Below are positions 43,755-51,800 of a stretch of 57,915 nucleotides of DNA, piece after piece. Origin of the DNA: a virus (taxonomy: Duplodnaviria > Caudoviricetes); the IMG/VR virus record IMGVR_UViG_3300042480_000777, positions 1 to 57,915 of that record. One strand, 5' to 3'. Each line of letters begins with the position of its first letter. Within the stretch, counting starts at the first letter, position 1. The notes beneath the pieces were generated by a model. The model made no database searches. It saw nothing but the letters and a program-made list of their open reading frames with translations, and was not told where the DNA came from. The position numbers were made by a program, and so were the translations under genes.

Positions 43755-43940
43755 ATGAAGACCCAACTCACCGACGCCGAACTCTGGCGGGCCATGGTTG
43801 AAGCAGAAGAGCGCAAGGCCGACAGCAGTCTGCCGCTCGACGTTCGCATCCGGTCTTTTGAGACCTACGCCCTGTGCCTGCGCGAAGCGTCAAACCGCGG
43901 ATACAGCTACACCGGGCTTCGCGCAGCGGCGGCCGCCTAG
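43755..43940 (+). CDS. Early hypothetical protein
   Basis: GGGAG RBS; MKTQLTDAELWRAM... Confidence 0.65.
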   Translation: MKTQLTDAELWRAMVEAEERKADSSLPLDVRIRSFETYALCLREASNRGYSYTGLRAAAAA

Positions 43941-43972
43941 CCCTCTCCGCCAACATCAAAGGGAGCCCCAAC

Positions 43973-44326
43973 ATGTTCACAATCCACTTCGACACCCTGC
44001 GGACCGAGACGGTCGAGTACACCGACCGCAAGGGCCGCCCCCGCAGCTACGAGAGCCAGAACGTCGAGATCACGCTGCGCGGCGACCGCCGCCGCGTGAA
44101 CTGCCACAGCCGCGGCGACAGCACCACGATCGGCGGACTGGCCGTGCGCTTCCGCACCGGCACCAAGGTGTGGCCCGGCAGCGCCGTCTACTGGGCCAAG
44201 ACCGGCAACATCAACAACCTGCGCCCGAACATCGACAAGTTCAGCGGCCAGTTCTGCTCGCTGGTGGGGTTCTTCGAGGACCACGCCGACAGCAAGCACC
44301 GCAGCCAGCACAACGCCGTCGCATAG
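43973..44326 (+). CDS. Early hypothetical protein
   Basis: AGGGAG RBS; MFTIHFDTLRTE... Confidence 0.7.
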   Translation: MFTIHFDTLRTETVEYTDRKGRPRSYESQNVEITLRGDRRRVNCHSRGDSTTIGGLAVRFRTGTKVWPGSAVYWAKTGNINNLRPNIDKFSGQFCSLVGFFEDHADSKHRSQHNAVA

Positions 44327-44335
44327 AGGGCCGAC

Positions 44336-44686
44336 ATGAGCCACTACGGAAAGATCGGCCTCAAGGGCCTGCCCAGCGAGGCAAAGAAAATCTGGTACAG
44401 CCGACACGTCGAGCCCGAGCCCTGCGAGCCGATCGACATCTACTGGCCAACCAGCACCGACCCGGAACTCGAGCTGCTCCAGGACTACGCAAGGCGCCTG
44501 CTGGACGCTACGCCGATGACTGTGCGCGAACAGCAGGCCGTAAAGCTGTGCCTGATGGACAACTGCACGCTCCGCGAAGCGGGGCTGGAGCTGGGTGTGT
44601 CGGGGGGCCGCGTGCACCAGGTTCTGCAACGCGCGCTACACAAGCTCCGCAGCACCTATGGGCGCCACATGCGGGTTTGCACTTGA
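44336..44686 (+). CDS. Sigma-70 region-4-like HTH protein
   Basis: MTVREQQAVKL..CTLREAGLELGVSGGRVHQVLQRALHKLR. Confidence 0.8.
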   Translation: MSHYGKIGLKGLPSEAKKIWYSRHVEPEPCEPIDIYWPTSTDPELELLQDYARRLLDATPMTVREQQAVKLCLMDNCTLREAGLELGVSGGRVHQVLQRALHKLRSTYGRHMRVCT

Positions 44687-44710
44687 TTCCCAACTCGCTG
44701 ACGCGAGGGG

Positions 44711-44772
44711 TTAGGGTTTTTCCTAGTACCACGCGATCTTGCGCAACATATACTTCTCTTCACCAACCAACC
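44711..44772 (+). promoter_or_regulatory. Repeated early promoter unit, copy B
   Basis: TTAGGGTTTTTCCTAGT...GCGCAACATATACTTCTCTTCACCAACCAAC. Confidence 0.7.
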
Positions 44773-44804
44773 GTTTCGCAAGAAACAACACCGAAAGCAG
44801 CACC

Positions 44805-45290
44805 ATGCAGTACCGCACCCCTACCCTGATCCTGAACATCGGTCTCAACGTCCGCGGCGGCGGCCGCAACACGATGACCCAGACACTCCAGGCCCTGGAG
44901 CGCACCGGCTTCGCCGTCAATCGCCTGGCCCTGGTGCACTCGGACACCGAGCCGACGCTGGTGGCCGAGGTCGATTCCGACTCCAACTGGGGTGTCAGCG
45001 ATCACCAGGCCACCGCGCTGTACGGCGTGGCCGTGTGCCTGGGCCAGGAGGCGATCGCAGCGTTCGAACCCAACCGCGGCCACGGCGTCCTGGTGGGCCC
45101 GGACGCGGCGAGCTGGGGGAAGTTCGATGCAACCCAGTTCTTCACCGTCGACGGCCGGCGCCTGGTGCGCAAGCCCGCCGGCCAGACCTGGCTCGGCGTC
45201 ACTCGCGACCAATCCGAGGACCGCGGCCAGCCCTTCACGCTCGAGCAGCTGGCCGCCCTTGGCCTGAGCTCGGTCGGCCAGGCCGCCTGA
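44805..45290 (+). CDS. Early protein, possible SAM lyase (T3 SAMase-like) family
   Basis: First gene behind an early promoter; EPTLV..LGQEAIA pattern recalls the E-x-T..Q-[DE]-x-[VI] pattern of phage SAM lyases; assignment is tentative. Confidence 0.5.
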   Translation: MQYRTPTLILNIGLNVRGGGRNTMTQTLQALERTGFAVNRLALVHSDTEPTLVAEVDSDSNWGVSDHQATALYGVAVCLGQEAIAAFEPNRGHGVLVGPDAASWGKFDATQFFTVDGRRLVRKPAGQTWLGVTRDQSEDRGQPFTLEQLAALGLSSVGQAA

Positions 45291-45291
45291 C

Positions 45292-45381
45292 ATGCACGGC
45301 GTCCCTCTCACCACTGCCGACGCCGTCTTTGCGGCGGCGTTTGGCATCACCCTGGGCCTGCTTGTCGGGTTCGCAATCTAG
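45292..45381 (+). CDS. 29-aa single-TM peptide
   Basis: MHGVPLTTADAVFAAAFGITLGLLVGFAI fills the gap between two genes. Confidence 0.5.
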   Translation: MHGVPLTTADAVFAAAFGITLGLLVGFAI

Positions 45382-45391
45382 GAGCCCGACC

Positions 45392-45634
45392 ATGCGCCTT
45401 GCACCTGTCCCTCAGTCCGCCGCCTCGGCCACGTATTTCAGCGTCTACAAGCTGGGCCCCTGGGAGCTGGGCCGGTGCGTGGCTCCCTCGTACTACGACA
45501 ACGGCACCCCCACGGGCCGTGAATGCGGCGACTTCGTGCGCGACGACGGCACCGGCTACGCGGACCTGGACGGCCAACCGTTCCGGGCCTACGTCTGCCG
45601 GCGCTGCGCACCCCGCCTCCTGCGGGCCGCCTGA
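45392..45634 (+). CDS. Early hypothetical Cys-containing protein
   Basis: AGGAG RBS; ends YVCRRCAPRLLRAA. Confidence 0.65.
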   Translation: MRLAPVPQSAASATYFSVYKLGPWELGRCVAPSYYDNGTPTGRECGDFVRDDGTGYADLDGQPFRAYVCRRCAPRLLRAA

Positions 45635-45705
45635 CCCCACGGCTCTGCCCTTGCTGAGGGCAGACCTGTGGCGCCAACCCGGCATCACGCAACAGAGAAA
45701 GCACC

Positions 45706-45954
45706 ATGCACGACCTTCACACCATCAACCAGCTGAACGCCGAGGCCCACGCGGCCAGCATCAAAACCGCCTGCGCCGCCGGCAAGTACGTCGTGGCTGA
45801 GTACACCGGCCTGCACCTGATGAGCACCAAGACCTTCGACGACGAGGCCGCGGCCACCGAGGCCATGAACGCGCCGCTCGAGCACGGCGACACCCGCCGA
45901 CTCTACTCCCACCGATACCACCCGGCCAAGGCGGCTGAGCCAGCGGCAGCCTGA
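45706..45954 (+). CDS. Early hypothetical protein
   Basis: 82 aa, strongly G/C-ending codons. Confidence 0.7.
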   Translation: MHDLHTINQLNAEAHAASIKTACAAGKYVVAEYTGLHLMSTKTFDDEAAATEAMNAPLEHGDTRRLYSHRYHPAKAAEPAAA

Positions 45955-45997
45955 CGCTCACGGCCCGGCTTCGGCCGGGTTTCATCAAGCCCGGAAG

Positions 45998-46058
45998 TTA
46001 GGGTTTTTCCTAGTGTTGCGATTTGTGGCGCAACATATACTTCTCTTCACCAACCAAC
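45998..46058 (+). promoter_or_regulatory. Repeated early promoter unit, copy C
   Basis: TTAGGGTTTTTCCTAGT...GCGCAACATATACTTCTCTTCACCAACCAAC. Confidence 0.7.
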
Positions 46059-46075
46059 TGTTTCAGGAGTCCGAC

Positions 46076-46405
46076 ATGCCCAAGCCCACATTCACGCTGC
46101 GCACCAAGAACGGTGGCGAGATTGCCAACGTCGGCTACTCGCCGCTGATGGTGGTCGCCGGCAACCAGGCCCACCGCCTGGCGCTGCATCGGCACCCCAC
46201 GCTGCAGCACTGGACCGTGTCGGACCCCAAGTCAGGCTGCAAGATCTGCACCGTCGAGGGCCAGTACCTCGGCATCCGCGTGAGCTCGGTCGGCCTGGCC
46301 CTGCGCGACATCCGCCAGCTTGCCCTGGCCACCGTCGAGACCCTGATCGCCCGCGTTGGCAGCGACAAGTTCAACGCCACCCTCGCCAACCCCCAGCCGT
46401 TCTGA
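46076..46405 (+). CDS. Early hypothetical protein
   Basis: AGGAG RBS; MPKPTFTLRTKNGG... Confidence 0.7.
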   Translation: MPKPTFTLRTKNGGEIANVGYSPLMVVAGNQAHRLALHRHPTLQHWTVSDPKSGCKICTVEGQYLGIRVSSVGLALRDIRQLALATVETLIARVGSDKFNATLANPQPF

Positions 46406-46412
46406 GGTCAGC

Positions 46413-46664
46413 ATGATCGAAGCCCGCATCGCCGGCATTCCCTGCCTCATCGAGGTGACGCACTACGCCGCTCGCGTGCCGGGGCGGTACTCGGGGCCAC
46501 CCGAGCGCTGCTGCCCCGACGAACCCGAGGAGGTCGAGTTCGAGGTGCGCGACCGGCGCGGGCGCCCGGCGCCTTGGTTGGCGCGGAAGATGGACGAGGA
46601 CGACCGCGCGGAGGTTGAGCGGCTCATCGCCCAGGACATGAAGGAGGCCGCCTATGACTACTGA
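46413..46664 (+). CDS. Conserved phage hypothetical protein
   Basis: GAGGT RBS; IAGIPCLIEV..DRRGRPAPWLARK. Confidence 0.75.
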   Translation: MIEARIAGIPCLIEVTHYAARVPGRYSGPPERCCPDEPEEVEFEVRDRRGRPAPWLARKMDEDDRAEVERLIAQDMKEAAYDY

Positions 46665-46788
46665 CCGCAAGCCCTGGCCGTTCCCGCCCAGGCTGCTGGG
46701 CTACCCCAGCCTTCCGCCCGCCGCCAAGCGGGCCCCCAACCCCCAACCCAAGCCGGCATACCCAGCCGGCAAACCGGCACCGTTCTGA
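46654..46788 (+). CDS. 44-aa Pro-rich peptide (WPFP...APF)
   Basis: AGGAGG RBS; MTTDRKPWPFPPRLLGYP...KPAPF. Confidence 0.6.
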   Translation: MTTDRKPWPFPPRLLGYPSLPPAAKRAPNPQPKPAYPAGKPAPF

Positions 46789-46790
46789 CC

Positions 46791-47015
46791 ATGCGCATCG
46801 TCAACCTCAGCGCCGCCCGCACCGGCGCCTCCGGCCCGTACTGCATCGACTTGCAGGAAGAGTTCTGGAGCGACCCCGCCAGGCACGACGTCATCGACGC
46901 CCCGCAATGGATAGCAACCGGAAGCCACGTCGCGCGCCCGCTGCACAAGGCAGACGGCGGCGGCTACAGCATCTCCGGCGAGACGCTGCGCATCCTATTC
47001 ACCCTCGCCGTGTAA
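46791..47015 (+). CDS. Hypothetical protein
   Basis: 74 aa, starts 2 nt after the previous stop. Confidence 0.55.
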   Translation: MRIVNLSAARTGASGPYCIDLQEEFWSDPARHDVIDAPQWIATGSHVARPLHKADGGGYSISGETLRILFTLAV

Positions 47016-47055
47016 TAGCGGCACAACCCCTCACCCCACCAACCCGGAGTCAACC

Positions 47056-47232
47056 GTGAAGCAAGACAGCAAGACCCCGCCCGGCGCCCGCCGCACCAAC
47101 CCCACCATCCCCGCCGACGACCCGCGGTTCGTCTGGACCGCCGGCGCCAATGTCCAGGCCACCTGGCGCCGCTTCGGGTGGTCGCCGCCGTCCGAGCTCA
47201 AGGGCAACGGCGGCAACAGCAAGGAGTCCTGA
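47056..47232 (+). CDS. 58-aa hypothetical protein
   Basis: GGAG RBS, GTG start; VQATWRRFGWSPPSE. Confidence 0.65.
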   Translation: MKQDSKTPPGARRTNPTIPADDPRFVWTAGANVQATWRRFGWSPPSELKGNGGNSKES

Positions 47233-47234
47233 CC

Positions 47235-47495
47235 ATGGAGATCATCGAGATCACCTCGGACGGCTGCGTGGCCGAGCGGCACATTGGCCACCTGCGCGGC
47301 AAGCCCACCGCGGCGTGGCTGGTCTACGCCGCCGGCATCGAGAAGGTCAAGCACCTGGTGCGCCTGAGCCACGAGGCTCGCGGCCTCATCCTGGTGTGCC
47401 CCGTCACCGGCACGCTGTACGACCCGATCACCAAGCGCAGCAGCGACAGGGACCTCTACCTGTTGCGGCCGGCCGAGGCTGAGGAGCAAGCATGA
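47235..47495 (+). CDS. Hypothetical protein
   Basis: AAGGAG RBS; MEIIEITSDG... Confidence 0.7.
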   Translation: MEIIEITSDGCVAERHIGHLRGKPTAAWLVYAAGIEKVKHLVRLSHEARGLILVCPVTGTLYDPITKRSSDRDLYLLRPAEAEEQA

Positions 47496-47713
47496 CTGAA
47501 AGAGCAGAGGCCCTGCGACTGGCCGAGTATCACGAGGGACTAGCGGCTATTCCCCCGATTTCACGAGAGGAAGGCTACCTCAGGCGCACCGCCGCCGAAC
47601 TGCGCCGATTGCACCACAACAACCAAGTGCTGAAGGACGCCTTGTGGAGAGCCTGCGGCGACGATGAGGAAGCAGTCAACGCAACCATTGCGTCTGAAGG
47701 AGAGCTGAAGTGA
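47492..47713 (+). CDS. Hypothetical protein (AAELRRLH family)
   Basis: ATGA overlap; GAGGAG RBS. Confidence 0.65.
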   Translation: MTERAEALRLAEYHEGLAAIPPISREEGYLRRTAAELRRLHHNNQVLKDALWRACGDDEEAVNATIASEGELK

Positions 47714-47759
47714 CCACACAACCAGATGCACTGCGGTTGGCCGAGGCCGAGGAGCAAGC

Positions 47760-48146
47760 ATGAACCGCGACGTCTGCGAACACTTCAACCCGGCGCCGTG
47801 CGCCGGGTGCAAGCGGCTGGCGTTAGCCGACACCATTGAGCAAGACCCAACAACCACTTGGGGCTACCGAGAAGCGGCGCATGCTGCCGCTGCCGAGCTG
47901 CGCCGGTTGAGCGTGGCGGAGCAGCAGCGCGACCACGCCCGCGCATGCTATGGGCGCGCATTGAAACTTCTGGTCAGCATCCACTCGTTGATGTACCCGC
48001 CGCCAATCACTCTGCCAGATGGTCGCACGATGGTGTTCCGGCCAAGCGGAGCAGACCCCAACACGATACTGCAAGAGTTGAGCGATCGCATTCGTACGCT
48101 GCCAGAAGAATTGGACGCCATCTCCAAAACGGAGGGGCAAGCATGA
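47760..48146 (+). CDS. Hypothetical protein (AAELRRL family)
   Basis: GAGGAG RBS; 128 aa. Confidence 0.65.
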   Translation: MNRDVCEHFNPAPCAGCKRLALADTIEQDPTTTWGYREAAHAAAAELRRLSVAEQQRDHARACYGRALKLLVSIHSLMYPPPITLPDGRTMVFRPSGADPNTILQELSDRIRTLPEELDAISKTEGQA

Positions 48147-48397
48147 CCATCAAAGCGACAGAGCACGTCAAGCGCAAGATTCTCGATGGGGAGATATCTC
48201 CCCTGATCTGCGACGGGAAACTGATCTTCCATGCCATTCGCCTACAGCAGGTGGGCGGAGAGATGCGCGTCGAGTTCATCAACGGCAGCACGCTAGTCGG
48301 CCACATGACGTCCGCCATGCCGGCCTTCTCGGCGGGCGAGACGTTGACCCTGACCGGGATCGATGGCGGTGTGGCGGTGTGCCTGGAGGTCATATGA
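48143..48397 (+). CDS. Hypothetical protein
   Basis: ATGA overlap; GGAGG RBS; MTIKATEHVKRK... Confidence 0.65.
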   Translation: MTIKATEHVKRKILDGEISPLICDGKLIFHAIRLQQVGGEMRVEFINGSTLVGHMTSAMPAFSAGETLTLTGIDGGVAVCLEVI

Positions 48398-48591
48398 CCA
48401 CGCATCACTACCTGCCATACGACCGCCAGCGCTGCGCGCCGCATCAGCCCGACGCGAAGTGCAAGGCCTGCCTGCGCTGGCATGAGCTGCCAGGACAAAC
48501 CTGGGGGCCACGCACGCCCGTCGTGCTGGGCCGCAACGACAGCACCGACGAGCGCTGCGACTTCATCCCCATCGAGGAGCACAAGCAATGA
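48394..48591 (+). CDS. Small Cys-rich protein
   Basis: GGAGGT RBS; RC..CKACLR..C. Confidence 0.65.
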   Translation: MTTHHYLPYDRQRCAPHQPDAKCKACLRWHELPGQTWGPRTPVVLGRNDSTDERCDFIPIEEHKQ

Positions 48592-48788
48592 CCACCAAGA
48601 CCCGCGGCCGCAAGGCCGTAGACGGCGCGACAAGGGCCACGGAGCGCGTCAACATCGTGCTCACGCGCGAGCATCGCCGACGCCTGGAGATGCTTGCGCA
48701 AGACGGCTACAGCGCCTGGGTGCGCCGCGCGATTGATAATGCCTGGGCGGCAGGCTGGGCCGCAGCCAACAAAAGGAAAGCCCCATGA
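48588..48788 (+). CDS. Ribbon-helix-helix-like DNA-binding protein
   Basis: RGRK..ERVNIVLT..LEMLA..SAWVRRAID pattern. Confidence 0.65.
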   Translation: MTTKTRGRKAVDGATRATERVNIVLTREHRRRLEMLAQDGYSAWVRRAIDNAWAAGWAAANKRKAP

Positions 48789-49027
48789 GCCGCACCAAGA
48801 TCTTCCCACCCAGCGAGCTGCCCCAGAGCAAGGGCGTGTACCGAACGTGCACCGTCGACGTCGAGACTGGCGAGGAGTCCGAGGTCTGGGGCTACAGCTT
48901 CTTCGACGCCACCGATCGAATCTGGGGGTGCACGCACACCACGATCAAGGATGCCGTCGAGGCGCCGGACTTCGAGTTCGCGAACCAGAACAAGCGCTGG
49001 TCCGAACTGAGCGAGCAAGACTCATAG
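48785..49027 (+). CDS. Hypothetical protein
   Basis: ATGA overlap; 80 aa. Confidence 0.65.
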   Translation: MSRTKIFPPSELPQSKGVYRTCTVDVETGEESEVWGYSFFDATDRIWGCTHTTIKDAVEAPDFEFANQNKRWSELSEQDS

Positions 49028-49044
49028 CAGCAAAGGTAAGCATC

Positions 49045-49146
49045 ATGAAGGTCTACTGGATGTCCAACCGCTTCTTTCGCCGCGGAGGCCTGTTCCTACA
49101 GGTCGGCGGCCGGCGCTGGCGCATCGTGCCCTGGCCGCTGCGGTGA
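49045..49146 (+). CDS. 33-aa basic peptide
   Basis: AAGGT RBS; MKVYWMSNRFFRRGGLFLQVGGRRWRIVPWPLR. Confidence 0.45.
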   Translation: MKVYWMSNRFFRRGGLFLQVGGRRWRIVPWPLR

Positions 49147-49187
49147 GATCAGCGTGGTGGATGCACCATAAATCGACGGCTATGGGG

Positions 49188-49634
49188 CTAAGGCTCGATT
49201 AGACGAGCGCCCACCCGAGTCCGCTCGCGCACGCCGTCCAGCAGGTCGGCTTCGCTGAAGCCGTAGTGCTTCTCAAACCCCTTGGTTCCCAGGCCGTGCA
49301 CGCCTGTCTTGCCTCGGTGGTGCTCAACGCATAGGGGCAGCACGTCCTGGTGACAGGCGCGCTGCGCCATGCCGGCGCCGCGACGCGGGTGGTGCAGCTC
49401 CACCTGTGGCGTCATGATGCCGAACACGCGCCGGCACACAATGCAGCCGAGCTGCGCCACCGCGTCCATGTGGCGCCTATCCTCTTCGGTCTTGTTCTGC
49501 CGCACCACAACTTTCGGCACGGGCGCAAGCTCAGCGGACCCAGTGCTGACGGCCCGGCGGAACTTGGGGTCAAGCGGCACGGCCACCGCTGGCCGGCGCT
49601 CCAGGGTCGGGCGCCGGAATCCAGAGCGTTTCAA
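49188..49634 (-). CDS. Ref-like HNH recombination-enhancement nuclease
   Basis: VAQLGCIVC..ELHH..GMAQR..LPLCVEHHRG..GVHG. Confidence 0.85.
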   Translation of the reverse strand: MKRSGFRRPTLERRPAVAVPLDPKFRRAVSTGSAELAPVPKVVVRQNKTEEDRRHMDAVAQLGCIVCRRVFGIMTPQVELHHPRRGAGMAQRACHQDVLPLCVEHHRGKTGVHGLGTKGFEKHYGFSEADLLDGVRERTRVGARLIEP

Positions 49635-50080
49635 TGCGCGGGGTCCTTCAGCGTCAGCACATCGACTCCGCCCCCGGTGTAGGCGTCGAGCTCGGACGCG
49701 ACCTCAACTGCCTTGACCGCGTCGTACCCCATGTGCAGCACGGCCACAGCGAAGTCGCGGCCGGACCCGATAGCGTGGAACTCATGCTCCCCGATCAGCG
49801 GGACCGGGAAGCGCTCGTAGTACGACACCTTGCCCGCGGGGCTGACGACCAGCATGCTGGCCTCGGTGCCATCCTCGCCGTGCGGATCCGGCCACTCCGC
49901 CGGGTCTGCGCCCTTATCGAACCACTGCAGCAGGACCATCGCCACGTCGGCTGCTCCGGAGAAGCCGACCAGGTGGCCGCGCGAGCGGAAGATCTTGGTC
50001 ATGCGTCCGTACTTCGCGTTGCCCTCACAGGACATGCGATCCCCGGCCATGACACCATTTTTGTACGCCACCGTAGTCAT
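49631..50080 (-). CDS. Ntn-hydrolase (proteasome beta/HslV-like) protein
   Basis: N-terminal MTT, AGD..K..GFSG, AIGSG, DAYTGG. Confidence 0.8.
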   Translation of the reverse strand: MTTVAYKNGVMAGDRMSCEGNAKYGRMTKIFRSRGHLVGFSGAADVAMVLLQWFDKGADPAEWPDPHGEDGTEASMLVVSPAGKVSYYERFPVPLIGEHEFHAIGSGRDFAVAVLHMGYDAVKAVEVASELDAYTGGGVDVLTLKDPAH

Positions 50081-50089
50081 GGTTTCCCT

Positions 50090-50605
50090 TTACCGCACCA
50101 GCCTCGCCACGGCGCGCTCTGTCACCTCGTCGATCGACTCAAGCACCGTGATGAGCTGCTGGATCTGCTCGCGGTGCCTCTTCTGGATCGGCCGGCGCCC
50201 CGTGCCGTGACAGGCCTTGCACGCCTCGGTGCTGAGTGTAGGCGTACCCTCGAGCACCTCGAACTTGCGGCCGTGGCAGTGCGGGCAGGTGGGGGAGACG
50301 TGGTGCGATAGGCCCTGCATGGCCACGGTGCTGAGCGAGCGGCCATTGAGGCGCCAGTTGCGCTTCGCGTTGAGCCGCTTGGTCAGAGACAGCACCGAGT
50401 TGTAGGCCGCCTTGAGGTTGGTGTTGGTGCCACTCAGGTGTAGGCGCATCAGCGGCGACGCGGCGGCGCTGTGCCGCGAACAGGCGATTCCTAAGGCGAT
50501 GACGTAGTCGGCATCGGTGCGGTGGTCCGGGTCGACCGTGAGGTCGGACGTTTGCACCGCCGTGCTCAGGCGCTCGAAGGCGGAGGGCCGGTCTGCTGAG
50601 CTCAT
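50090..50605 (-). CDS. Zinc-finger protein, antiterminator Q-like
   Basis: CPHCHGRK..CKACHGTG; at the end of the nin-like region. Confidence 0.6.
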   Translation of the reverse strand: MSSADRPSAFERLSTAVQTSDLTVDPDHRTDADYVIALGIACSRHSAAASPLMRLHLSGTNTNLKAAYNSVLSLTKRLNAKRNWRLNGRSLSTVAMQGLSHHVSPTCPHCHGRKFEVLEGTPTLSTEACKACHGTGRRPIQKRHREQIQQLITVLESIDEVTERAVARLVR

Positions 50606-50979
50606 CGTACCCTCACCTCCTGGACCTCAATCCCGTGAATGGCCAGCATTAGGTGCTTCTTGATGCGGTAGCCCTGGGTCACCGGCCCACCCTTGACGTC
50701 CTCGACCACGAGTCGACCAAGATGGTCTCGATACCTGAAGTCCCCAACGTAGCGCAGGGCCGGCGTGGCCCGGGCGGAATCCGAGAACTTCACGCCTGGC
50801 GCGAGCTCGTACTTCGGCTGCAGCTCAAGGCTGTCAATCTGCCCAAGGCGCTCAAGCTCCTTGAGTTGGACGAAGCGCCTGGACTCCGCTTTGCTGGCGA
50901 AGACGTGGCCGTCGATCTGGGTCTTGACTGCGCCGTACTTGGATCGCACGCGACGTGCGGACTGCGGGAGCGGCATCAC
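50602..50979 (-). CDS. DUF1064 family endonuclease
   Basis: SKYGAVKT..DGHVFASKAE..LELQP..YVGDF..VVEDVKG. Confidence 0.88.
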   Translation of the reverse strand: MMPLPQSARRVRSKYGAVKTQIDGHVFASKAESRRFVQLKELERLGQIDSLELQPKYELAPGVKFSDSARATPALRYVGDFRYRDHLGRLVVEDVKGGPVTQGYRIKKHLMLAIHGIEVQEVRVR

Positions 50980-51257
50980 TGCTTGGAGTTGGCGGCCTCG
51001 ACCAGGGAGTCGCTGGGCTGCAGCAGCACGGCGTGACGGGGTGGCACGATCACGGGCTCGCCGGTGCGGATGTTGCGAGCTCGCTTCGCTCCGCGCTGCA
51101 CCGTGTGCAGCTTGCCAAGGCCGAACAACATCACCGGCTCGTGCTGCACGATGGAGCGCTTGACAACGGCGGCCACGGCATCCAACACGGCGCGCACCGC
51201 GGGCTGGGATTGCCCCGACACATACGCCACCCTCTTGATCAGGTCATTCTTCAGCAT
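50976..51257 (-). CDS. HU/IHF-like DNA-binding protein
   Basis: KNDLIKRVA..LFGLGK..ARNIRTGEPVIVP. Confidence 0.88.
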   Translation of the reverse strand: MLKNDLIKRVAYVSGQSQPAVRAVLDAVAAVVKRSIVQHEPVMLFGLGKLHTVQRGAKRARNIRTGEPVIVPPRHAVLLQPSDSLVEAANSKQ

Positions 51258-51323
51258 CAACTGTCCCAACAAAATGTTTGCAAGTGAGCGTTTGTAGCAC
51301 AAAAGCAACAGCTGCGGAACCGT

Positions 51324-51800
51324 TCAGAGAAAATCGTTGAGCAGAGCGTCGATCATCTGGTCGGCGTTGGCGTCCTCCACATGGGGCCAGAGGAAGCGCA
51401 GCGCGTGCCGACTGCGCAGGAACTCCACCACCTTGGCGTGATGCTCGGCGAACTCGACGTCGTCCAGCTTGGCCCAGGAGATCGACTTCGGGATCGCCAC
51501 CGGCTTGCCCTTGGCGCCCGGCACGATGTCGCAGAAGCCGGCGCCCACCTGTACCCACATGCGAAAGTGCTCGGGGTCGATGAACTGCTCCTGGCTGTCG
51601 AACACCTGGGCCAGCATCGCGAAGTGCCGGCGATGGAAGCCGGGCGAGCGGGGCGCCCACCAGCTGAACTTCAGGGTCTCACCAACCTCCAGCTCGCGCA
51701 CCGCCTTCTGGAACTTCGCCCAGGCCTTGGCACCCTTCTCGCCAAGCCCCTGCAGCTTGCCGTCCTCGCCCTTGAAGATGACCACATCAGACATGCACAA
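51324..51800 (-). CDS. DUF1367-like protein
   Basis: PRSPGFHRRHFAML..GAGFCD..IPKSISWAKLD. Confidence 0.8.
   Translation of the reverse strand: MCMSDVVIFKGEDGKLQGLGEKGAKAWAKFQKAVRELEVGETLKFSWWAPRSPGFHRRHFAMLAQVFDSQEQFIDPEHFRMWVQVGAGFCDIVPGAKGKPVAIPKSISWAKLDDVEFAEHHAKVVEFLRSRHALRFLWPHVEDANADQMIDALLNDFL

Noticed and set aside
42321-46058. Repeated promoter units as a CRISPR-like array
   Set aside because: Copies are 0.7-1.7 kb apart, separated by genes, and no cas genes are present
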